From a virus, in the IMG/VR virus record IMGVR_UViG_3300034072_001093, positions 11,062 to 75,061 of that record: 64,000 nucleotides of DNA. One strand, given 5' to 3'. Both the position numbers and the translations under genes were made by a program. The notes under the pieces were generated by a model. It worked only from the letters and a program-made list of their open reading frames with translations, was not told the origin of the DNA and made no database searches. Position 1 is the stretch's first letter. Each line of letters opens with the position of its first letter. Below, one piece after another: positions 20,807 to 28,267 of the stretch.

Positions 20807-21379
20807 TCAAGCTGCTTGGGCTTCTCGGCGTCTGCGGCGGTTGATGTGCAGGATCGAGAGCTTCATGATGGGGCTATGGTCGAACTGTCCACGCATGACA
20901 GCAGCGGTCAGATTGCTATCCATGATGGCAGCAACTTCCTGGCGTGCTTCCACCAGCACCGGGTCAACTCCGATCAGAGCCAATTCAGGGTGAAGCTCGA
21001 TCGCCCGTTCGCGGAACTCCCGAAGACGAGCAAGCTCGTCGTCGTCGGTCGGCTGCTCAGCAGGGGTTTCTTGGATAGCGGGCTCGTCAACGGGAGCCTT
21101 GGTAACAGCAGGGAGATCCTCGACGCTGTAGACCACAGGGAGGAACGAGAATTGTTCTTCGGTGCCGACCCAGGACAGAGTGTGGGCTCGGCCGAAGGTT
21201 GGCGGAACGGCTTTAGTCTTTTTGACCAAGTGGCTCGCTGCCAGGCGGTCGATAATGGCGTGCAGCGCGCCATACTGGTCCCAGCCCAGGTGAGCCTTTA
21301 GGTCACGGACGCAGGTTTCCGGATTGCTGCGAATGAATTTCGCGATTTCGAGACTGAATTTCGTGGGACGACGCATCAT
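20807..21379 (-). CDS. Putative winged-helix DNA-binding protein
   Basis: N-terminal CVRDLKAHLGWDQYGALHAIIDRLAASHLVKK resembles a LexA/MarR-type wHTH. AAGGAG RBS before ATG 21379. Confidence 0.5.
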   Translation of the reverse strand: MMRRPTKFSLEIAKFIRSNPETCVRDLKAHLGWDQYGALHAIIDRLAASHLVKKTKAVPPTFGRAHTLSWVGTEEQFSFLPVVYSVEDLPAVTKAPVDEPAIQETPAEQPTDDDELARLREFRERAIELHPELALIGVDPVLVEARQEVAAIMDSNLTAAVMRGQFDHSPIMKLSILHINRRRRREAQAA

Positions 21380-21408
21380 GCGCTCCTTGGTTCTGGAAAT
21401 GGGTGGGC

Positions 21409-21570
21409 TCATTCCTCGGTCGAAGGCGAGAAGAGCTTCAGGATCCACCTGACGATCACGAATGCTCCGACGATCATCAGCACGGTTGGGAGGGCGGAAA
21501 TGATGGCCGGGACGACATACGCCCCGACCACCAGGATGACTGCGATTGACAGCCAGTGTTCTGTTTTCAT
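21409..21570 (-). CDS. Small membrane protein (2 TM)
   Basis: 53 aa with two hydrophobic stretches. Confidence 0.55.
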   Translation of the reverse strand: MKTEHWLSIAVILVVGAYVVPAIISALPTVLMIVGAFVIVRWILKLFSPSTEE

Positions 21571-21580
21571 TGACCCAGGG

Positions 21581-22003
21581 TTACGCCGCAGCGACATCCG
21601 GGTTGTTAGTCGGCTTCTTCAGGTTGGCGAAGATCGACGGCTTGGCCGGTGCAGCTTCGACCTCGGTGTCGGTTGTCGAACCAGCTTGGGTTTCTTCCGT
21701 GGCGAACGGCGGTTCGTCAGCTTCGGGTTCAGTTGCCGGTGCTTCTTCGGTCTCCGTGTTGGCAGCCGGAGCAGTGCGAGCAGCGGTCACCTTGGCAGCG
21801 ACACCGGCATTGCGACGGGTCGGAGCCGGTGCAGGAGCGGCGATGGGCTCATCCGTGATGGACAGCTCGGCCGTGAAGCCCTGGTCACCACGGGTGGCCT
21901 TCATTTCGATCGTCACGGCCTTGCCTTCGACGACGAGACCGCGGCTGTTGAGGTAGAAGCGGAGAGCGTCTTCGATCTCCGACTGGATCAGGATAACCTG
22001 CAT
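21581..22003 (-). CDS. Conserved N4-like hypothetical protein
   Basis: MQVILIQSEIEDAL..Y start, KATRG motif, acidic linker and SIFANLKKP end. Follows the RuvC-like gene. Confidence 0.7.
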   Translation of the reverse strand: MQVILIQSEIEDALRFYLNSRGLVVEGKAVTIEMKATRGDQGFTAELSITDEPIAAPAPAPTRRNAGVAAKVTAARTAPAANTETEEAPATEPEADEPPFATEETQAGSTTDTEVEAAPAKPSIFANLKKPTNNPDVAAA

Positions 22004-22004
22004 T

Positions 22005-22559
22005 TCAAAGTCCTTCGAAAATCCGCATGAGGTTGCGGAACATGGGGGTGTTCACACCTGCATGGATCGCTGCGATGGCGTCTGCGAGGTGTTCAGCTTT
22101 CTGTGCCACCTGCCCCCGGTGAAGGGGCCAGTTGGCGTCGGGATAGAACTCCATCGCCTTGGCGATCATGAGCTCTTTGCTGGCGAGCTTATTTTCGGCG
22201 AGGGCTTGCTTGCACTCGCTGGGGGTCACCTCGACCAGGGGAATGCCTTCCGAGACGATAGCTCCCAGGATCCCCACGCACATGCCGTAGCTGGCCATCG
22301 CTCTTGCGGATTGAGATCCGACGGGCACTTCGACGAAGACAACCTTCGCCTTGCGTGCCTCAGCGATAACGACCGATGCCAGCTGTTGCGTGAGGTGGAG
22401 ATCCTTGGAGTTCTTCCTCACCTGCTTCCCCTTCTCATCCTTGGGTGCAACCAAGGTGAGCCGGGGGGTGTCGAGGACCCCCGTGCTGAGGTCTAACTCG
22501 GAAGGAGCGAGGCCCCAGTTTCGCATACTGGGGTCCATGCCAAGCACGGGGATCTTCAT
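22005..22559 (-). CDS. RuvC-like Holliday junction resolvase
   Basis: VLGMDPSMRNWG, FVEVPVGSQSARA and EHLADAIAAI supply RNase H-fold acidic residues. Confidence 0.8.
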   Translation of the reverse strand: MKIPVLGMDPSMRNWGLAPSELDLSTGVLDTPRLTLVAPKDEKGKQVRKNSKDLHLTQQLASVVIAEARKAKVVFVEVPVGSQSARAMASYGMCVGILGAIVSEGIPLVEVTPSECKQALAENKLASKELMIAKAMEFYPDANWPLHRGQVAQKAEHLADAIAAIHAGVNTPMFRNLMRIFEGL

Positions 22560-22572
22560 GGCTCAGGCCTCC

Positions 22573-23337
22573 TCAGGCGGCTTTCTTGTTGCCGAAGAGG
22601 CTCTTGCTGGCAGGCTTGGCACCGCCCTGCTGGGGCGGCTGACCGGGACGGCCCGACTGAGCAGCACCAGCACCGTCCTTGACCTTGCGGTTGTCCTTCT
22701 GCTTGCCCTTGTTCTTCTCGAGCCAGGCAGTGTGGAAGGTGCCTTCCTCGGCACCAGCGGTCGCTTCGGGGACGGTCATCATCGTCTCGGTGTTGAACAC
22801 CTTGTCGATCGTGTTGACCTCGCGGGTCTCGGCCGTCTCGACATAGGCACCGCTGGCGTCCTTCTCGCTCTTGTTTTCGAGCACGTTGAGGATCGCCACG
22901 CTGACGGTCTTGCCGATCAGATCGATCAGGACCGGGACCTTGGTCGGGACATCCTTCTTCAGTTCGGCGTCATAGATCATGACAGCCTTTTCCTCGGTCG
23001 GCTGTTCCGACAGGGGGATGCCAGTGGCGCAGAGGCACAGGTCGTTGATGGTGATAAAGCCGGGCAGCGGAGCCTTCTTGTCATTCTTCGTGACATAGTA
23101 GTTATTGCCGTCGCGGGTGGTCATGTAGACCGTCTCGCGGTATTCACGGCCGCCGAGGTCGAGGTTGACCACGACACCCTGGGCACCGCCCGAGCTGGAG
23201 ATGGCATAAACCAGCTTGATGGGGCCGGTGTAGATGTCGCTGGCCAGGGGGCTGAAGCCGCCCAGGCGATCGGTTGCTTCTTCCAGACCTTCGGTGGTCA
23301 GGCTTCCAAAGAGTGCATTCATTTTTTGGGCTTTCAT
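22573..23337 (-). CDS. Single-stranded DNA-binding protein (N4 gp45-like)
   Basis: GLEEATDRLGG, YRETVY, LPGF and a C-terminal SLF tail. An alternative start is at 23322. Confidence 0.85.
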   Translation of the reverse strand: MKAQKMNALFGSLTTEGLEEATDRLGGFSPLASDIYTGPIKLVYAISSSGGAQGVVVNLDLGGREYRETVYMTTRDGNNYYVTKNDKKAPLPGFITINDLCLCATGIPLSEQPTEEKAVMIYDAELKKDVPTKVPVLIDLIGKTVSVAILNVLENKSEKDASGAYVETAETREVNTIDKVFNTETMMTVPEATAGAEEGTFHTAWLEKNKGKQKDNRKVKDGAGAAQSGRPGQPPQQGGAKPASKSLFGNKKAA

Positions 23338-23473
23338 TCTGGGTTTTTGATGCTTTTTTCGAGATATTTTTCGTGTGTTTTTCGTCTCTTGAAAGCGGTT
23401 GCTGGCAGTTTTTTACAGGGTCTGCCAACCTGATCCCCTCGACGGATTTGCGCCCCGTTGAGAGGGAATGGGG

Positions 23474-24244
23474 TTACTCGTCGTAGAACCTGTGCAGGTG
23501 ATCCAGGAGCAGCTGGGCATCGTTGTCCATGTAGGTCTGCTTCCGACTGAACATGCCCATGGGCGAACGGATACGAGTGCCGATCGATTCCTTGGTCAGG
23601 CGCGTCTGGAAAACGTGCTTGAAGCCGAGATCCTCATCGTCTTCGGTGACGGTGAGCAGATCGGGGTCGGCGTCCTTGAGATCCTTCAGGGGGATCTTGG
23701 TCGCCTCGACGACGGTCGAGAAATAGGCTTCCAGTCCCTGGTTCTTCAGGGAGCCCTTGATGGGCACGGAACGCTTCATCGACAGCGAGCTCTCGTCATA
23801 CTGTTCGAGGACGTGAGCCAGGATGATGACGGGCTTGCCAAACTGGACCAGCTTCTGCTGGATCAGGCGCTTCCAGAACTGGGCATAATTGCTCCAGCCC
23901 TTCATGGTGTCAGCGGTCCCGAGCACATACTGGCTCTCGAACATATCCATCATGAAGGTGGCGGTATCGATGATCAGGCCATCGACGTCATCGGGATTGT
24001 TGATCGCCTCGTCGACGAACTCATAGACCTGCCAGGGGTCATCGACACGGGCGTTGATGAACTTGTTCTTGAAAGGCAGGCGCTTGCCGGCCTCGCAGTT
24101 GATGTAGATCCAGCGTTCCTGGTTCCTGATGTTGCGGAGCGAGGCGGATTTGCCCGCACCGGAGACGCCGCCGATCAAGACCATCTGGTCGTTGAACTCG
24201 ATCTGCTCCTCGTCTTCCATGGGGGCTTCGATTGTGTCGGTCAC
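23474..24244 (-). CDS. AAA/Sak4-like ATPase (N4 gp44-like)
   Basis: Walker A GVSGAGKS, INCEAGKRLPF and IRSPMGMF. GTG start with a GGAGA RBS. Confidence 0.85.
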   Translation of the reverse strand: MTDTIEAPMEDEEQIEFNDQMVLIGGVSGAGKSASLRNIRNQERWIYINCEAGKRLPFKNKFINARVDDPWQVYEFVDEAINNPDDVDGLIIDTATFMMDMFESQYVLGTADTMKGWSNYAQFWKRLIQQKLVQFGKPVIILAHVLEQYDESSLSMKRSVPIKGSLKNQGLEAYFSTVVEATKIPLKDLKDADPDLLTVTEDDEDLGFKHVFQTRLTKESIGTRIRSPMGMFSRKQTYMDNDAQLLLDHLHRFYDE

Positions 24245-24324
24245 TGGGTATTCTCCTGGAAATTCGGTTGGCAGTGGCGGTCCTCGAACCAAGAAAAGGA
24301 CTGCCACTGCCTAGATGTGCGTGA

Positions 24325-26484
24325 TCAGGCGGCCTCTCGCTCGACGAAGCGTTTGGCCACCGTGACCAGCACGGTGCTGTCGATCTCTGCTTTGGGCAGA
24401 GGCTCTTTCAGCTTTTTGTTGAAGGTGTGGACACGGTTGCTGACCTCGGTCAGCTGCATGCCCCCGTCCATAAGAGCCAAGGCGAACTTGATCATATGGT
24501 TGTTGCGGTTGCCTGAGGCCATTCGCTGGGCGAACCAGCGCTCGAGGTTATCGAGCGACTGGAGCTCCTTGTTGGCCTGCAGGAATTGCTCGTTCTTGTT
24601 CGTCCGGGGGATGAACGGCAGAGCATCCACCATCTGCCCCTCGTTGTAGTGGTGGGTTCCACCTTCGAAGGACTGCCACTTCTTCGACCGCTGGTTGGCG
24701 GCCGCATCGGAGTCGAACGGCAGCCAGGCCATGAAGGAGTTCATGAACTCCTTGTAGTCCTCGCTGTCGAGCTCCAGCGTGTAGTTGATGGGCATGATCA
24801 GGCGGAACCTGTTCTCCTCATCAGTGTGGCGCTTGGTGGTGTAGGTCATGAAGGTGTAATCCTTCATGAGCTCGTGGACCGTATCGAGCGTGACACCGCC
24901 GTCGATGTCGATCACGACCAGGTTGAAGCCTGGGATGATCTTGTCTTCGGCACGGTGCCCACCTTCGGCCCAGTGGTTGATCCAGTGAAGCCCAGGAGCC
25001 TGGGTCAGCACATGGAGCTGGTCGAAAGGTGCAAGCTCGCCCTCATAATTGTAGGCGAAGTTGTCGCTGTAGGCGATCCGCAGCTTGTCGAGCGAGGTCT
25101 CCTTCAGGGTTTCCCCCGAGAAGAACTCGATCCCGTCGATGAACCGCTTCTTCAGGATGATGTGCTGCTTGTAGCCATAGGCCTGAGCCAGGGTGATCAT
25201 CTCGCTGCGAGCAGACTGACCCGTCTTGTAGAAGGGCAGCTCCTCGTGAAGATCAGCATGCGTCAGCTCACGATCGCAGCCGGCGATGAACCGGGCGAGC
25301 TTTGCGTAAGCTGGCTCACGCTTGACGATCTTCTCAGCAAAAGCCTGACCGGACTCTTCCACCACCTTGATGGCGGAGTACAGGTGATCGAGCTCCAGGG
25401 TGCTGGACTGGTCGATAAAGGCATAAGCCCCTGCCAGCTTCAGCGCCTTGTAATAGCGGTGGGAGAGCTCGGCCTTCTCGGTATCCTTGTGGGTATCGAG
25501 GGCGTCTGCAGCCCGCTCACAGTCGATCTTGTACCGCAGCAGCTCGATCGCCACTGGATCTTCGAGCTGGATCTGCCACCCAAATAGCGCCGGATCGGCA
25601 AGGTTCTCGAAGTGGTCGTTCCAGGCATCCAGAGTGGCGCTGTTCTGCTTGGTGGTCAGGTCGGCATAGATCTCCTCGGGGGTCTTCGAATAGTATGCCT
25701 TCCGGTTCGGCTCACCAAAACCGAAGATACAGCGGCGAGCATAGCCGATCTTGAGGAACTGGTAGAACTGATCTTCGGTCTGGCTCCCGTCGAAGATCCT
25801 GTCGGGCGAGCCAAACAGGAGCATGTTCGTCGGGGTCTTGCCGTCGATTTCCTCGGTGCGCTTGTTGTCGGCCGACTCCTTGATCAGCTTGCCCTTGATG
25901 CGGCCCTGGTCATAGAGTTCCAGGAACACATTGAGGACTTCTGTGTTTGCTACCAGGTTAGAGCCGATCTCGTCGATTTGGAGGTTGATTGCCCCCGCAC
26001 CGGAGAGTAACAGCTTGTGACGCAGCTGCTTGACCGCAGGAGAAGTTCCTTCAGAAAACGTGTAGAGGTGGTGTCCGGCAGACCTGAACTCTTTCTGCGC
26101 TTTCTCGAACTCCTCCTGCTGGTCAGTACCGTCCCGAACAGCCCGCCGATTGGCGATCTTCATCAGGTTCTGCTCAGCCAGATAGTTGAATGTGTCGTCC
26201 ATGAACCGGCGCTTGAAGCCGTTCATGACTTGCTCTTCCATGATGGCCACGGAATGGCCCTTGCCGAAGCCTGAGGTCGCAACACCAATGGAATAGATGT
26301 TGACGGGCACAGGACCGCGGTCCTTGGTCAGGACAGTGACGCCCATGTTGGCGGCCATCATACCAAGGAAATAGGCGACCTGAGCCTGATAGAAGCTCCG
26401 ATCGGTATTCATGGTCTGCTTGCAAAGAGTATCCACGATCTCCTGCATGGCGGGGTGGTGTGGAACCTTGGAAAAGTCCATCAT
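24325..26484 (-). CDS. DNA primase (N4 gp43-like)
   Basis: SGFGKG, IDEIGSNL, VIDIDGG, YTTKRH and a GNRNN PriCT-like C-terminus. Confidence 0.9.
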   Translation of the reverse strand: MMDFSKVPHHPAMQEIVDTLCKQTMNTDRSFYQAQVAYFLGMMAANMGVTVLTKDRGPVPVNIYSIGVATSGFGKGHSVAIMEEQVMNGFKRRFMDDTFNYLAEQNLMKIANRRAVRDGTDQQEEFEKAQKEFRSAGHHLYTFSEGTSPAVKQLRHKLLLSGAGAINLQIDEIGSNLVANTEVLNVFLELYDQGRIKGKLIKESADNKRTEEIDGKTPTNMLLFGSPDRIFDGSQTEDQFYQFLKIGYARRCIFGFGEPNRKAYYSKTPEEIYADLTTKQNSATLDAWNDHFENLADPALFGWQIQLEDPVAIELLRYKIDCERAADALDTHKDTEKAELSHRYYKALKLAGAYAFIDQSSTLELDHLYSAIKVVEESGQAFAEKIVKREPAYAKLARFIAGCDRELTHADLHEELPFYKTGQSARSEMITLAQAYGYKQHIILKKRFIDGIEFFSGETLKETSLDKLRIAYSDNFAYNYEGELAPFDQLHVLTQAPGLHWINHWAEGGHRAEDKIIPGFNLVVIDIDGGVTLDTVHELMKDYTFMTYTTKRHTDEENRFRLIMPINYTLELDSEDYKEFMNSFMAWLPFDSDAAANQRSKKWQSFEGGTHHYNEGQMVDALPFIPRTNKNEQFLQANKELQSLDNLERWFAQRMASGNRNNHMIKFALALMDGGMQLTEVSNRVHTFNKKLKEPLPKAEIDSTVLVTVAKRFVEREAA

Positions 26485-27494
26485 TTGTAGCGATCCTTTT
26501 GGGTGCAGGCGTCGAAGGCCGGACAATAGTCGCAGCGCTTGGGAGCACCTGGGACCTCGATGACGACGCCCTGCCCGCCCTGATCATTTAGGTGGGCATA
26601 GGCTTCAGCAGCGGAGTCGAAGTTTTTGGTGGAGCGGCCGTCGGTCTTCGCCGGGTTCTTGTAATATTTGAACTTCGGGTCAGACTGCCACAGCTCCTCG
26701 GGGGTGCACTCGGGCAGCTCGTGCTCGGGCACCTTGCGGAATTTCTCGATCAGCCGGATCTTCTCGCGGATCCAGGCTTCGACCTCATCGGTCGACAGGA
26801 GCTGGATCTGCTTCTGCTCAACACGGCGCTGAGGATAGGCCTTGTTGGTGATCGCATCGATCTTCTTCCAGTCGGTGAAGACGAAGTTGATGTTGCCATA
26901 ATCCTCGGTGATCCGGGGACGGAAACGGGTTTCCGGCGACAGGCTGATGTCCGAGTTGCCCTGGGCATCGAGCCAGCGGTAGATCGACATCTGCAGCTGG
27001 AAGTCGCTGGTCTTGCCGCCAGAGACCCAGCTGTAGGCCGAGGTGCTCTTGGTGTCGTTGACGATGCCGTCGGTGATGGCATCGAACTTCCCGCCGATGA
27101 TGTAATTGCCGAAGCGACGGAACATCCGCTGTTCCAGATAGACCGGAATGGGGTCCTTCATGGCATCGAGCTGAGCGTCGGTCGGGTTGATGAGAACCCG
27201 ATCGATGACGCCCTCAGGGTAGCCGAGCTTGGCAAGATTGCGGCGATAGCCCTTGAGCCAGGCTTTCTCCATGGAGTCATGGATGGCGTGGCCATAGGCG
27301 CTGGCGATGAGATCGGCGACGTCCAGAGGGATCTTCTGGCTCGGGTGGATACGGCTCGGCAGCAGGATATGCCGCAGGGGCTTCATCAGGCCGGTGACGG
27401 AGATGTAGTCGGGCTGGTCGATGTGGTCGTATTCATCGTGGACAAGCCAGACAGCGAGAGCGAGCGGAATACCGCTTGTATTGGTGATGGTCAT
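26481..27494 (-). CDS. PD-(D/E)xK exonuclease-like protein (N4 gp42-like)
   Basis: LAVWL.HD.YD, GKFD...DTKSTS, QMSIYRWL and a C-terminal Cys cluster. Confidence 0.8.
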   Translation of the reverse strand: MTITNTSGIPLALAVWLVHDEYDHIDQPDYISVTGLMKPLRHILLPSRIHPSQKIPLDVADLIASAYGHAIHDSMEKAWLKGYRRNLAKLGYPEGVIDRVLINPTDAQLDAMKDPIPVYLEQRMFRRFGNYIIGGKFDAITDGIVNDTKSTSAYSWVSGGKTSDFQLQMSIYRWLDAQGNSDISLSPETRFRPRITEDYGNINFVFTDWKKIDAITNKAYPQRRVEQKQIQLLSTDEVEAWIREKIRLIEKFRKVPEHELPECTPEELWQSDPKFKYYKNPAKTDGRSTKNFDSAAEAYAHLNDQGGQGVVIEVPGAPKRCDYCPAFDACTQKDRYK

Positions 27495-27561
27495 GGTTCA
27501 TTCCTGGGTTTCGCGTATGGGGCTGCCAGACCGTTGGCCCGGTCACAGCAGCCCCGAGGAC

Positions 27562-27630
27562 TTAATGGTCCCGGAGGGGGAGCTCGAGTTGGTCCTCGTG
27601 CTCTTCCCGCTCCATAAGGATGCTAGGCAT
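27562..27630 (-). CDS. 22-aa micropeptide MPSILMEREEHEDQLELPLRDH (not in ORF track)
   Basis: GAGAGGA RBS 7 nt before the ATG, TAA stop, in an otherwise empty gap of a dense operon. Confidence 0.5.
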   Translation of the reverse strand: MPSILMEREEHEDQLELPLRDH

Positions 27631-27734
27631 AGCGATGTCCTCTCACGCAATGGCGCAGAGCGAGGCTCTCTCTCCAGACAGCGCCGATGAACAGGAGGCG
27701 GATTCCTCCTGTCCCCAGAGAGCTTGGTGTCTGA

Positions 27735-28076
27735 TCAGTTGAGCTGGGAGAGGTCGTAGGGCGGCCGTTCCTGGAGCTTGGTGCCTTCGGGCTGCTTCTG
27801 GAACTCGGCCTGGCTCATGTGGCCCAGGTAGACGACGTTCACGAGAACGACGTCGGCAACGATGATCGAGGGGTCTTCCATGCGGCCATGGAAGTTGAGC
27901 TGCAGAGCCTGCTGGGCACGACCGATGGCGCTGACCGGGAAGGTCTTCTCGTCACGGCTGACGACGGCATTGAGCAGCGTGCTGCCAATGGTTTCAGGCT
28001 GATCGTCCGTGGCGGGCTTGGCGAACTTCACCTCGCCGCAGACGAGGTAATAGTGATGCTTCTGGAATTTGGACAT
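27735..28076 (-). CDS. Conserved N4-like hypothetical (gp40-like)
   Basis: HYYLVCGEV, IGRAQQALQ and YLGHMSQAEF. Follows the DNA polymerase. Confidence 0.7.
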   Translation of the reverse strand: MSKFQKHHYYLVCGEVKFAKPATDDQPETIGSTLLNAVVSRDEKTFPVSAIGRAQQALQLNFHGRMEDPSIIVADVVLVNVVYLGHMSQAEFQKQPEGTKLQERPPYDLSQLN

Positions 28077-28210
28077 GGCTTGGTTCCTGTCTGCAGCCCC
28101 TTCCGGGGAGGAAAGGGCTGCTGGTCTAGACATTGGGGGATCTGGGTTTGGGTCTCATGTCGAGAGAAATAGACATTAGCCGGAGAGGCCTGTTCGTCAA
28201 TCCCTAAATG

Positions 28211-28239
28211 AGAATAATGGCAGTGTGCATTTATGTAAA
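28211..28239 (-). promoter_or_regulatory. sigma70-like promoter TTTACA-N17-TATTCT
   Basis: -35 at 28234-28239 and -10 at 28211-28216, 17-bp spacer, AT-rich intergenic context. Confidence 0.55.
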
Positions 28240-28267
28240 CACACACTATGTTGACATTTGATAAGAC

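Noticed and set aside
26481-27494. Cas4 / CRISPR system
   Set aside because: This is a core N4 gp42-like nuclease. No repeat-spacer array was seen anywhere in the window.
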